Assembly (NCBI GenBank): GCA_001724265.1 | Contig: MEDY01000162.1 | Span: 1-59,290, forward strand | Direction: 5' to 3' | DNA length: 59,290 bases | Origin: Rhizaria sp. SCN 62-66 | Taxonomy: Eukaryota | Shown here: positions 9,805-22,552 of the stretch, one piece after another | Layout of the letters: each line of letters begins with the position of its first letter | Numbering within the stretch: position 1 is the stretch's first letter | The notes under the pieces: model-generated | Told to the model about the DNA's origin: nothing | What the model saw: only the letters and a program-made list of their open reading frames with translations | The model's database searches: none | Position numbers and translations under genes: made by a program

Positions 9805-12800
9805 ATGGCCTCTCCCGGTCGTGCGTTGTCGTTGCTGCTGCTGTTGCTGGCGGTTCTGTGCTGTGCTGCCCTTGCGGCCTCCCCTCCGCCAGGCGCACCT
9901 GTGCGCGTCACACACGCACACGCGAGTCTACAACACCTCATCCTCACTGCATCCGCCCTCGGTGACCTCCCCTCTCTCCCCCCCGCCGCCCCCGCCGCCG
10001 CCGCCGCTTCTGATCCTGTTGGCCCAGCCGACGCGGCGGAGAGCGCCCCCGCCGCGGTGCGGCTGACCCTGGCGATGATCGAAGTCGCCCTCACAGAGCC
10101 GGTGCACGTCACGAGGGTTGATGCTGATCTCTTCCCGGCTGATTCCTTCGCTGCCGCTGACGCTGCGGATGCCGATGGAGCCGCGCTCTCAGGACTCGGT
10201 CTCGTGTCGCTGACCTGCGACCCTGCTTTTGCGCCCTCTAACTCTAATCTCAACAACAACAACAACAATAGTAGTAGTAGTGGTGGTGTTAAGCGCAAGG
10301 TTGTAGTCTTTGAGCCGTTTACTCTCTCGTCACTTCCCCCCTCCCGTGACTACATCAACAACTACAATAACAAAGATAGTAACAACAACAACAACAGCAG
10401 TAGTGTTGGCAGTAGCTCTGTTTATAGTAGTAGTCATAGGGATGCAAGGGCTCAGGCTCTGGCGAGGGCTGCTCAATGGCTCATGCCCTTGTCTGCTCCG
10501 GCTCCCTGGCTTTCAACCTACGCCACTTCTAACAACAACAACAACAACAAGGGTACTCGTGACGGTACACGTGAGGGGACTCGTGATAACGCGGCGGCGG
10601 CGGCGGCGGTTCTGCCTGCGATGTACTCACTTCTCAGCGAGCTTTTAGGCAGTGACTTGGTCACCTCCCGGCTTGTCTTCGCCCTCCCTCTCTCCGCCAC
10701 CGCTGTCGGCGGCGGCCATAGTACCGAGGCGGGGCGCGGCGGCGGCGATGAACTGCTGCCGGTGTTCCAAGGAGCCGTCTCTGCGGAGCGGGTTGCCGCG
10801 GCGTTTAACGCCCGTGCGTGCCGGCTTACCTTCCTCACTGAAAACCAGCAAACGCAAGCCCTGACGACCTCGACCTCTCGCTCAAGCTCTAGCTCTGACT
10901 CTAGCTCTGGCTCTAAGACTGAGAGTGAGAGTGAGACCATGACAGATGTGAACGTGGCTCCCGGTCGCTATGTCACAGTGCCTCATCGTCTCTCAGAGTC
11001 AACATCAGAAGACAGCTCTCGCTCGCACTCCGACTCCCACAGCATCAGCGATCGCAATGGTTATGACAGCAATGGGAATGAGGGCAGCGGATACGATGCG
11101 AAGCGTCTGACTGCGGCGGTGTCTCAGTCAACATCTCTCGCTGGGCTCACCGTCACGGTCCGCCCTGAACCTCATCAACGCAGCAACAACAACGCGAAGA
11201 ATGCTCAAAAGAATAGTGACAATAATGCTAAGACTACGACAAAGAAGAATAACAACCCCGTTGTCTCTCTGCGTCATACGGGTGCTCTCGGGGCGCGTGA
11301 CGAAAGTGAAGCCGCCTCGGGTCCTTACTTTGGCCGCCTCACGTGTCCCCGCGCCCGCGCCGCCGCGGCACCGGCACGCGCGCTACTCATGCACACCCGT
11401 GGTGCTCACGGTCCCTTTGCTGCTGCCCCCGGTCACAAGGCTCGCTCTCATGGCCACAGTCGCCGTCGCCGCCATAGCCGCAATCGCGAGAGCGAGAATG
11501 AGAGTGAGAGTGACATTGGAGCTGTATTCCTTGAAGAAGCTGCGACCGTGTCGCACTCTCGTCGCTCTGCCGCCTATGCCGCCGCCGCCGCTGCCGCCCG
11601 CGCCGCTCTTTCGTCAGACCGAAACTACAGCTATAACGGTAGTTACTACGCGGCGGGCCTCCGCGCCGCTGCCGACGCCGACGCCGCCGGTGACCGTGAA
11701 CAGTTCGCTCCTCTCGACGTGCGTACTGACCGTTCGTGGATTGGTCGTGACGACGAGGTTGCCTTCCTCTCGGTCGGGGCCATGGCCGGGGGCATTAACT
11801 ACGGTCAACTCGCCGCACCCTTAGTCAAAGGAGCGGCTAAGGGGCTGCAGGAGCCTGTGTCTGGCGCGATGTTGGCGCATGATGCGTATCAGATCAACTC
11901 GCAGGTGGCGCCGGCGCTGGATAGTGGTATGGAAGATCTCATTGTCCGTGAATTGGTGGCCGCGTCAGTGCAGCCTATTAACGTTGTGTACGTGACGATA
12001 GCATTCGCTCAATACCTCTTGCTTCGAATATTTTAAAATTACATTTATTAATGTTCGTTTGTTTAGCTATATTTCATCTCAAAGTCAGCCTGATATGAAA
12101 TCACCAGCATCACCTTCTCTCCCGAACTGTTCTTCGCTCATTTGCTATTGCTTTTTGCCTTTTGCTTTTTTGCGCCGCCCTTGCCCAGATTCCCGTACTC
12201 GATCGCGGCTGTGATGCAAGCTCGCCTGCCCCAGCTCATCGCCGACGCGACCGCCGAGGCCGTCAAGATGAAGATCGTTGACCCGATCACTCGTGAAGCG
12301 ACGCGGCGTATCCAACGCACACTCGCCCGCACTCTGCCGGAGACGGCCGAGGCGGCCGCCGCCGCCGCGATTATTGCAGGTGCCGGCTCCGACCTCCTGC
12401 ACACGCTCGTTCTCTCGATCCCGACGGCGATTGTGCCGGCGCTGGCGAATATGCTCGTGCACGATCCTCGCGTTGATTACTACTGCTACTACTGCTACAC
12501 TAAGAGTGTTTACTGCACTCTGTGTAACGACCACCGGGAGAAGACGGGGCGACAGGTACGACGTTTCTCCAACAACAGTATCGACTGGATATCTTCACTA
12601 TTCCACTCATTAGAGTAAATGTGATATATTGTTATTTATTTGTGTCTACTTATATTTTATCTTAACATGATGTTGATTTTCACTCACTAACTCCACTATA
12701 TCTTCAAAAATCTATATCTCTCTTGTTTTTGCTTCTTTTTGCGCCGATTCAACAGGTTTATTACGCCCAGTACTACACTGACTTTTACGCGCGCCACTAC

Positions 12801-13181
12801 GGCCTCTACTACAAGGACTTTTTCGTCCGTGAAGAGACCGAGCGCTTGACGGGCTCCAACTCGCGCCACCGCCGTCTCCAAGGGCTCGCCGACAACCGGT
12901 GGAACAAGCGCGACATCATGGTGATCGAAGACGTGCCTGGCCCGTACGAGCCGCCGCCGCTGCGGTTGCGCGGAGAGAAGGAGCTGGAGCCGATGCCGGT
13001 GCCCAAGTACCTCAAGACGCCGCCCAAGGTGGTGGAAGGGGAGCAAGGCGTGTTTAAGAGTGGCGCCGAAGGGGCGGCAGGCGAGAGGGTTGATAAGCCC
13101 TCGACCGGCTCCACCAGCGCATCAGGCTCTGGCTCTGGGGGCGCGGCGGGGAAGGCTGCCGCTGCGCCTAAGGGCAAGTGA
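9805..13181 (+). CDS. Secreted protein of unknown function with C-terminal Tyr/Cys-rich domain
   Basis: Exons 9805-11987, 12189-12555, 12756-13181 join in frame (991 aa). Signal peptide MASPGRALSLLLLLLAVLCCAALA; DYYCYYCYTKSVYCTLC...YYAQYYTDFYARHYGLYY. Stop TGA. Confidence 0.75.
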
Positions 13182-13491
13182 CGTAACCGTTCAAATGGCA
13201 CGGTTTAAAATCGGTATGATATGGATATGGGGGGGAAATCTAGCAAGAGTGAGTGCGCGCAATTGCGAAACTTCTTGAAAAGGGCCAGAATTGCAGGTAT
13301 TAACAAGATTGGATCTGAAATATAACTGTAAACATAATAACAATACACAAAATCAATTATATACGTCTGTTCGTGTCAAATACTATTGAATATGTATTGC
13401 TCTCTTGTTGGTTGGTTTAGTGATTGCTAGTGTAACATTGTGTGATCTTGGTGTTTTCGCTCTTAACAAAAAAAGAAACTTTGTTTCAGCT

Positions 13492-16400
13492 TTAATAGTA
13501 ACTGTTAACGCGATTGTTGTTCTTAATGCCGACGGAAGGCGCAACATGTGCAGTCGCATAATACCGGTGCAGTGCCGCTGCAGTAACAGCATCATTGTCA
13601 GCAATGGTCACATGAGCATTGCGCTTATGTTGACTTTGACTTTGACTCTGGCTCTGGCTCTGGCTCTGGCTCTTGTTTGGGACTGCAGTGTTATTGTACA
13701 AATAGGAGTTTTTCGAGCTCTGTTGCTGTTGCTGAGACTGAAACTGCGCCTGAGAGTGGGAGTGGGGATGAGATAAGCGTTGCATCTGTGCGTCGCCTGT
13801 CCTAACGTGGCCAACATTACTCACGCCGTTAATCTTAACAGCAGCACTATCTGTGGCGTATGCGTAGTCTCCGTTGGCGTTAATATGCCCGTTATTCGTC
13901 GTCGCTGCCAGCAACATACCATAGTAGACATCCATCAACGCGCTGTGCTTGTTCCGCTCTTGACTGGCGGCCGCAGCAGCAGTAGCGGCAGCGGCAGCAG
14001 CGGCAGCCGCTTCAGGGCCGCAATAGCTCTCATAGTCGCTCACAGTCATCCGCCGCTGTTTCTGCGCATAGTGGCCGTGAGCAGCATCAGCGTAAGCGGA
14101 GTGTGCATTGTTTTCCTGTCCACAGTCGTCGATACCGTTGTTGTTGTTGTTGGCAGTGGTGGCGTCAAAGTCATCATCGCCAAGCTGCGTCGGCTTCTGA
14201 GCCCGTGCAGTCATAAGCCCGCCTGCTTTCGCCAACACAGCCCCGGGCCCAGGCGCAACTAAAACGCTGTTAACAACACCGTTAGTCGCCTTGTTACTCT
14301 TCCAGCTACTGACGCTACCGTCGTTATTGTTGTTAAACCGGGCGCGGTTGGCGCTAGAAATGGTTGATGCATTCGCACGCGCGTCAGCAGCCGCGGCGGC
14401 TGTGGCTTCCGCTATCAACGCCCGCAGCCTTTGCTCAACATTGCCACCGTTCGCATCATCGTCGTCATCGAGGTCATGATCGTCGTCGTCGTTCTTGTCG
14501 CTGTTGGCGGTGGCGGCGGCGGCGCGGAGGAGCTCAGGCCCTAGAACGGCTGCAAAGTCGAGCCCCGCCGCCGAGACGGCCCGCTCGAGCGCCAAAAGCG
14601 GCTCCCACCACTTCTTGGCCGGCAACCGCAGCGCCGCTTCGAGCCCGGCCTCGAGCCGGGCGCCGGCGACGGAGGCGGACCGGACTGAGCGCAGACGGGC
14701 CAGCACACGGCCGCGTGCGCGGAGCTGGGTCAGCGCCAGGGAGAGTTGCGCTGCGATAACACTACCGCAGGCAGCAGTTGCAGTCGCAGAGTGACCGTGA
14801 ATGTGGCGGTTGCTACTGTGGCCGTCAAGACGGATAGGGCGGCCCTCCTTGGCAGCCCTATCTAGCTCGCTCAACACCCCAGGACCGGCCGCGGGTCCGC
14901 ACAGCAGCGCTGCCACGGGCGCGAGGTCGGCGACGGCGGTGGTCAGAGCGCGCGGGTAGCCTCCGCGGCCGGCGCCGGGGCCGCCGATGGCAGCGAACAG
15001 GGCGGCCAACGGTGCCTCCTATAGATGAAAACAAAAAATGAATATTATTCAGCAATATGTGTGATTATATGACTAAATTTAATGTGATATAAAATAAAAT
15101 AGCAGTTTGGGTAAAATTCGCATCGAAATCAAATCATTTAAAGTCATTTTCGTTGTTTTCCGTACCTCCTCAGAGAGAACGCCTTGGTTCTTGCTGTTAG
15201 CGCCACCTGTAGCCCGAGCGCGAGGAGCATTGGCCTCGGCCTCAGCCTCAGCGGCAGCGACAGTGGCGGCGGCCAGCGCTGACTGTAGCTGCCTCATCTC
15301 AGCCCTCGGTGACGGAGGCCTCCTTGCAGTCACAACAGTAGCCGCGCTCGCACACGCACCAGGTCTGGCACCTGCAGTCGCAGCGTCAGTCGGAGCCTTA
15401 CCACCGCTCTTGCTGCTTGTCGCTGCGGAGGTGCTGTTGCGCTTGAGCCAGTCATGATACGCCCGCTTCGCCTTCTCCTCCTTCTCCAGCGCACGCTGCT
15501 TCTGCGCCTCCGCCTCCGCCTCCATCTTCCGCTTCGCCTCCCTCTGCCGCGCCGCGTCCTTCTCGAACCACTCCTTGGCGCTCTCTGCCCGCCGCGCGCG
15601 CTCTCCCTGCCGCTCCCGCGCCGCCGCCGCCGCCGCCTCCCCCGCCTGTGCCCGCGCCACCGCCGCATTGGCCTTGCGGGCATCAGCTTCTTCCCGCCAC
15701 GCCTGCCACGCTTCTTTACTTGCAGCGGCGCGGTCAGGCGCGGCGGCGGCGGCGCGGGCGCGGAGTCGAGCAGCGCCGGCGGCGCCGTCGGCCGGGAGAC
15801 GGCAGCGGGGGCCGCAGCGGCCGGTGCCGGCGCGGGTCTGCAGGCAGCGGCATGGATCCCCCACGGTCATGTAACGCTGGGAGAGAGTCCTCGGTGAGGC
15901 AGGCTCAACAAATGCGGCGTTGCTATCCTGATGCGTGTGAAGCTGCTTGTTGTTGTTATGACAGGGAGCGCTTTCGCTGTCAAAGTCGTCGTAGTATGAA
16001 TCCACGCTGTGATCGCCACAGTTATCGTTGCCGTTACGAACAGTAGCGGCGGCGGCGGCGGCGGCGGCACGCTGAGCTTCGGCCCTGTGCGCACGCGCCA
16101 AATGCCGCAACCTTTGCATCACCCGTGCAGAGACGACCTCGAGCTCAACCAGCCGGGCGTGGCGGGCCTCGGGGGCAAGAGCCAGACAGCGAGGCAGCAG
16201 CGATGCGGGGGCGGAGGTGGCTTTGGCAACGGCCGTCGCGGCAGCCACGGCGTCCTCGTCAGCAGGCGCATAATTGCCAACATTGGTGGTGTTGTTGTTG
16301 TTGATGTTGCTATGGGTGACTGTGAGCGCGGCTATTATCGCTGACTCAGCACGCACGCGCCGCAGCAACGACGCCAACGGGGCGCGGCTCAACGGCAGCT

Positions 16401-18423
16401 CACAGTCAGCTGCATTCGTCAGCAACGCCTCCCAGTCGCGGCCTCGGTCGCGGCCGTCGCTGTCGACACCGCCGCCACTACCGGAGCAGGGGTCGAGATC
16501 CAAGTCGCCGCCGCAGTCGCTGCCGCCGCTGCCGCCGCTGCTGCAGCTGCTGTCGCCGAACTCCGTCTGAGGCCACTGCTGCGAATGCGGTGACCGCGAC
16601 CGCAGCTGAGACTGAGACTGAGACTGAGAGGAGTGGGCGTTTTGCTCACCATTAGCCCTCGACGACGCCGCCGCCGCTGCTGAAGCTGCAGCCGCAGCCA
16701 TTGTTGTGTGGGGGTCAAGTGGGGGCAGCGGAGGGGCGATACCGATGTTGCTCGTGGGCGGCTTGATTTCCTTGCGCAGCTGGCTAAGTACCCCCTTAGA
16801 TCCCGACGACGACGGTGGCAACGGTGGCGCCAACAGAGGCCGGCTGGAACTGTTGTGGCCGTTAGCAGCCGCATTAGAATGACCGTGAGCAGCGGCTGAG
16901 TGACCGTGAGCAACGTGGTGACTGTGAGCAGGCGAGAGTGCAGGTGACGCGTGCCCCGAGACAGCCGCGCTGGCAGCAGCGCTTGCCGCAGAGCTCGCTG
17001 CAGTGCTTGTCGAGGTTGACACCGGTGCGGTCTTACTCGAGAGCGGCGGCCCCGCGAGCGAGGCCGTCCCAGCAGCAGCGCCGCCGCCGCCGGGAGTCAG
17101 CGCCATGACAGTCGTCCCAGCAACACCGGGGAGGCCCAGAGGAGCAGCAGGCGCGCTAGACTGGGCGATTGACTGGGAGACTGAGGGCGCGATCGACGGC
17201 ATCGCAGACTGGGCGATCGAGGGGGCGATGGACGGCGACGGAGTGGGGGAGGGGTTGAGCCAAGGGGACTCAGTCGGGAGCAAACGAGACAGCGGGGACC
17301 GGCTCTTTGCTGAGTCAGCAAAATCACTTACCCCGGCTCCAGCAGTGTTGCTACTGAAGTCTCTGCTAACCACTTCATTGCTGATCATGCCGTTATTATC
17401 ATTGTTGTTGTTGCTGTTGTTGTTGTTGCCGACCGCGCATGCGATCAGGGACTCGCCAGCAGCAGGATCGGGAAACGTCAACGAATCAGTCCCAATGCTC
17501 GCGTGATACAGTGCGTCGGCTTCGGCGTACGCTGCATCGCTAGGCAAACCATGCGCAGCACCACCGGTTGCGACAGCAGAACGGCCGTAAGCGGCCGAGT
17601 CCTCAGCGTGTGCGTTGGTGTTGGCGCGATTGTTGGCAAGGGCGTTGTTTGTGAACGGCGAGTGGGAGGTGTAGGGACCGACGGGGAAAAGGCCAGAGCT
17701 GTCGCCTTCTAACAACATCTGCTGCTGCTGCAGTTGCTGCTGCTGCTGCGGGTGCTGCTGGTGTTGTTGGGTGCTAAACGCGTGTGAGAGCGACAGCGAT
17801 GATGTGAAAGACGTGTTTTGCGAGCTATACACGTTGCTATTGTTTTTGTTGCTATTAATGTTGTTGTTGTGGTGGTGTTGGTAATACGGATCGCCAACAG
17901 CGCCAGAGCCAGCGACAGCGGTGGAGGCTGCGACTGCGGCTGCGGCGGCTTTAACGCTGCCACGCACGGGTCCCAGCCCCAAGGGGTGGTTATTTACAGC
18001 AGTGAGAGCGGGCTTGGCGTCCGCGGTGGCGTGGGAAGGCGGCGAAGGGGAGAGTGTGAGCTCGTTAGCAAGACTGGCGTCGTACCCCTTGGCCGCTGTG
18101 TAAGGACCTCCCATGCTGACAACGGCGCCGGACGGGAGTGTGCCAAGCATGAGCAGACCGCCGTCGCCGTCGTCGCCGTGGTCGCGGTGTTGAGCCATGA
18201 TGGGGGCAGCGATGTGGACGGCTGCCGGCGCTGCGACTGCATGATGATGGGAGGGAAGAGTGGGAGCGGCCTCAGTCACTTCCGCGACTGTGGGCGGGAG
18301 GGAAACGATAGGGGGAGGTGCATCGGAAGCTGCAAAGTCGTCCGAGTACAGATTAGACGCGGCGGGGTCCTCGAAACTAAGAGACACGTCCGCGAAGAGG
18401 TGATCTGAGCTTTCGAACTGCAT
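13492..18423 (-). CDS. Large low-complexity protein with charged coiled coil (CCDC34/CCDC181-like Trp-spaced pattern)
   Basis: Exons 18423-15166 and 15018-13492 join in phase 0 (1594 aa). KEAWQAW...AKEWFEK...KRAYHDWLKR coiled coil. Stop TAA. Function call weak. Confidence 0.6.
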
Positions 18424-18619
18424 GCGAGGAGCAAAAGCCAACGGCTTGATCAGTCGGCCAAACAATAAGCGCGTGCGCTACCTAAACAAATGATTTAAGA
18501 ATGAAAATTTAAATATTAAGTACTAATGTAAGTTTTATACTGCCTAATCAGAAAATCATCTAATTTGACGATCAAGTGCATTTTATACATCTGTTTTTAT
18601 GGCAGCTCTCGGTTTGAAT

Positions 18620-18633
18620 AATATAGCCGTTGG
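18620..18633 (-). promoter_or_regulatory. MSA-like (MYB-binding, CCAACGGCTA) element with adjacent CHR-like TTTGAA
   Basis: AATATAGCCGTTGG is identical to 37841-37854; TTTGAA at 18613-18618; lies upstream of the gene starting at 18423. Confidence 0.5.
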
Positions 18634-18790
18634 TCGCAAGCTGTGACTGGGACCATGAATGATTAGCATATGTGGCCTATATTTCATTGTAGTGATCACT
18701 TACTACATAATGTACATTATTTGTATATGTATTCAAAAATTAAGTGGCCATCTGAAACGCTCAGGTACATTGCACATAAACGCGCATCGT

Positions 18791-21247
18791 TCAATCCGAT
18801 GGATGAGTGTGATGAAAGTGAGAGAAGTATAACTTTGACGGCTTATTTTGATCGTAAATGACGCATTTTTCCCCAGAGCTGAATGCCATAAGAAGTGAGA
18901 TCAACACAGTTGCGTCAAAGGGCTGCTCCCCCTCATCAGTGGCATTGCTCAAAAGATCTTCTTCACCGCACCGCACGCACGCAACCACCCGGCCGACGGG
19001 CACGGCGCCGCGCAGCAACGCTGCGGCACACGGACGGAAGACAACAAACCACGGTGTGTCCGGCTCTCCCGACGAACCTTTTAGGGTGACTTTGCGCGGG
19101 TACATCAACACTGTGCCGGGGGCAAAGGTTGCGTCAGAGTCCGGACCGGGCGCGGTGTACTCGCCGTACGCAATGTCAGTGTCGGGAAACGAAATAGGCA
19201 CAGCCACGCAGGGGTTATTGTCGCTGGTATAGTGGTGCAGCGTGATGAACGACGGTCGGTGCGCAATCCTTTCCCCAGCGGGCCCGGCGGGCGCAAAACA
19301 CGTGTGCATGACCATGCCCAGTGCGCCAACTTGAGCCGCTGCGCGGAAGTACGCTGCGTGGCTAGGAAACAGCGTGTCGTCCAGCCGAATCAGCATGCGG
19401 TACTTCTCTTTCTCGTCTCCATCAGGATTGTAGAAATCAAAGTTCATCAACACGTCTGCCTGTGCGTCCCCGCCAAGGCAATTACGTGCAAAGGCAAGAG
19501 TACGTTCGCGCGCCTTGGCCTGCAGCAGCGCCAGCGCGCCCGCAGTCAGCGGGCCAGTGGGCTATTGATCGCTCGCTGGGCTATCGTTCCACCAACCGCC
19601 CACCGAAATGTGGAACCGCGGTGGATACCCGCATTTCTCCAGCTGCAGCGCAATGTAAGCGTCAAGTGCCTCCATCTCTGTGCGTTTTCTCGGCTCCGCG
19701 AACGCGCGCGCGTCTGCCATCGCCTGTCGCCGTTGCGCGGCCTGATCCGCAGTCTCCGCGGCCGCAGGCGCGACCACCTCCATGCGCTCGAGCATCGCGG
19801 TTAGCTGCGCGCGCTCCCAAAGAACGGTGGCGTCGCTCTCCGCGCAGGCGGCGCATGGCAGCAGCGCAAGCAGCTGCGGGCCGCGCGCCGCGATGAACTC
19901 GGCGAGAACGGGGTTGCGCGGCACATCGCCTTCGGTCCGAACGCGGGGGTCGGGGGTCGTGTCGCCCGCTGCAATCATCAGCCGCAGCGCGTGCAAAACC
20001 TCCGCAATGTGCATAACATCACCTTTGCAGTCCAGCACCGCCCAGAGGAGCATTCGGTTGCAGTGCTTGACGTAACCGCGGTCGAGCAGCATGCGCGCCA
20101 TGTTTTCCGCGTTGGCAGCGGTTGACATAAGGGCGATAAAGAGAAGTGGAATGCTCTGCAGGATAACACTGGTGTTATCGCCGCGGCACTAATCGTGAAG
20201 ATACCCGTTGCGCCAAGGCAGAACAACTTCCAGCAGGCCTCCCTGTGCTACTCGTTGCGTAAAGTGCGGCACAGCCTTTCCCAGGCGCGTGATAATGTCA
20301 GCCATCAGTACAAGCCGGGCATCTGTCTGCGTTTGATTTGAAACATATTTCATTGATGCAATCACTGTGTCGCAACGCTCTGTGGTAAAAACTGAGCGCA
20401 ATCCGTCATCATCGTCGTCGGGAAACGCAAACACACAGCAGCGCAGCAGTTGCAAGTCACCGATATGGCTCATCTCTCCCGCGAGAAACGCAAACTCATC
20501 GCTGCGTGCAAACTCGCGCACGTCTGCGGCGCAGTCGCTGCCGTACGCAATAAAAACGCGCGTCAGAGCCTTCAACGCGGCGGCGTGCAGCGAGCGGTAG
20601 AGCTGGACGCCCTCTGCCGTGCGCTCCAACCCGCGCCGCATGAGGGGCACGAAGCCGGCGAGGGCGGGATAGGGCAGGCGCGGGTCTATTGTTGCTAGAT
20701 CTACCGCGATGTCAAAGCAGATGTCGCACGCCGCAATCGCGGAGTGACAATCGTTGTGCGACTTGTACTTAGCTAACAGAATGTGCTCCAAGAGCAACTC
20801 CGTAAACACGAGCAAACTCGCAAGTGCCTCAACTTTGACAGGGATAGGGAGGGGGAGACAAGCCCGCGGAGCCACATAGCGCATCACAGGAAGCATTTTA
20901 AACGCTGTTTCACAGACGCCAACAGTCATGAGCACTTTAGCGAGTCGTGCAAGCGTGTTCTCCGGGATGAGGTCGCTACTCAGGAGGAATTTCATTATCC
21001 CAAGGACGAGTTCGAATCGCTTCTCGGCGTCATCGTCAGCAGTGAGTTCCAGAAACCTCAAAAGCATCTCGATCGTATTCTGGTCGCGCAAAAGAGTCAT
21101 GCATGTCTGAATTGCTACTTCGTTGTTGTGCGCAAGGTACACCGAGAAAAAAGATTTGCTAAGCGCGTTGATGTCAGCGAGGCGTGACGACAAACCCGTC
21201 ACAGCGCCCAATGCCTCGCAGAGACGCCGGATCTAAGTCGCACTCAT
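18791..21247 (-). CDS. Helical-repeat (ARM/HEAT-like) protein with C-terminal degenerate cyclophilin-like fold (paralog B); 3 in-frame TAG
   Basis: Track ORFs 20189-21211, 19562-20128 and 18791-19453 share one frame and are separated only by TAG (21233-35, 20189-91, 19562-64). 818 aa when read through. Similarity to paralog A spans the 19562 TAG. Stop TGA. Confidence 0.75.
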
Positions 21248-22031
21248 GAGCTATTCTAGTCTTCTGCTTTGCTCACTTACCAACGTCGCTCGATGATGTA
21301 CCAGCGAGTTGGTTGTGACAGGGGATGTTTAAGGAAAGCCTGTGTTGGGAAGCGAATCTGCAATATAAAATGGAGCAGCTGATTAGGAAGGAATATACGT
21401 GTTTTGCAGGCATTTATAATTAATCACCGGTAGAAATATAAGTGGCTGTCACAATTGATTGCTTCATCTGTGCGCTGACAAAGTGTTCCTCGTGATATTG
21501 TCATTTGAAAATGTGAATTTCTCCGAGTGCTTTTCTCACCACAAACGCATTTCAAAACTGCAAAATTGATTAGTCGAGCACAGAAATGTCTTTAACTCAG
21601 GTATAAAGGCAGAAATAACACATATACAGAACAGCTTTATATAAAAATAAAGTTTATCGGGTCTCAAATTGATTTATTTGTGGCAACTCGACAAAATCTT
21701 GCTGGTGACCTTACAGTACCCGGGAGGGACAGATACACCCTGTGCGCGCAGCTCCCGTGTCAGGTCAGTCTTAGAGCTTGCAATGTACCGCTGTAGCAGG
21801 TGCAGCAGCCACATCACATTGTTACTGGGCAGCGCAGTAGCATACACTGGCGGCGTCAGTAATGACCGCATCGACACTGCCCTCAAAGCGGTAGTTGAGT
21901 TAAGATCGTCGACCGCGTCTCCACGGCTTCAAACGCCGCATCACTCATCATCCCAGCTCTCTTGCCGCCATCATTCGCACGGATGTCTCTGTCTCGAAAG
22001 TGTGTTCAAGTCCATTAAGATATGCTTACCG

Positions 22032-22552
22032 TCACAACTCCAGGTCCGGGTCTCCAGCAAGCTCTTCCGCGGGCACTGAGCCGGGGTTCACCAGCAGCGC
22101 AATCTCGTGGCGCGCTGTGGCGATGGCGTCGGGCGAACCGGTCAGCGTGATCTCGCGCAACGGAAACCCTGAAGGCATGTCGGCCTGAGAGAAAGCGAAG
22201 ATGATAATGACCAAGTCGTGTTGGGAAAGGCTTATGAGCATTTTTAAGTTTGGAGATGCAAAACTGAACCTTTATGTGAGATATTCACAAGGATCGCAAA
22301 AGAATAAAGAAATATTCCGAATCAACAATGATATGTCTTAAAACAACAAACTTGTTCGTTGCGTACCTCGCGCTGGATCTGGATGGTGCATGAGGACTTG
22401 GCCTGGAGCGCGCGGATCGTCTCGCCCTGGCGGCCGACAATAATGCCAACGAGCTAGTTCGGGACGCGGATCGCGACAACGTCGCTGCAGGGTGCAGGTG
22501 CGGGCGTGGGCGCGGGCGCGAGCGGGCCTGCGGAGGAGACCTTGGGGGGCAT
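22032..22552 (-). CDS. Small KH-domain RNA-binding protein; 1 in-frame TAG
   Basis: Exons 22552-22367 and 22184-22032: IRVPN*LVGIIVGRQGETIRALQAKSSCTIQIQRE|ADMPSGFPLREITLTGSPDAIATARHEI, a type I KH domain with GxxG loop. TAG at 22454-56. Stop TGA. Exon 1 is absent from the ORF track. Confidence 0.8.

Noticed and set aside
13630-13675. Tri- and hexanucleotide repeats (SQSQ, poly-N/A/Q) as mobile or regulatory elements
   Set aside because: In-frame coding microsatellites found throughout the window; no transposase, TIR or LTR seen.
21674-22034. TGA readthrough/selenocysteine or an extra exon after the KH gene (GTAAGC just past the stop)
   Set aside because: The KH domain is complete before the TGA, the donor does not match the local GTACG consensus, and the downstream ORF is unrecognisable.
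22454-22456. A-to-I editing (UAG to Trp) or pyrrolysine as the explanation
   Set aside because: Trp fits poorly at the polymerase Glu and the KH polar site; pyrrolysine is unknown in eukaryotes and no pyl genes are here. Not formally excluded without cDNA.
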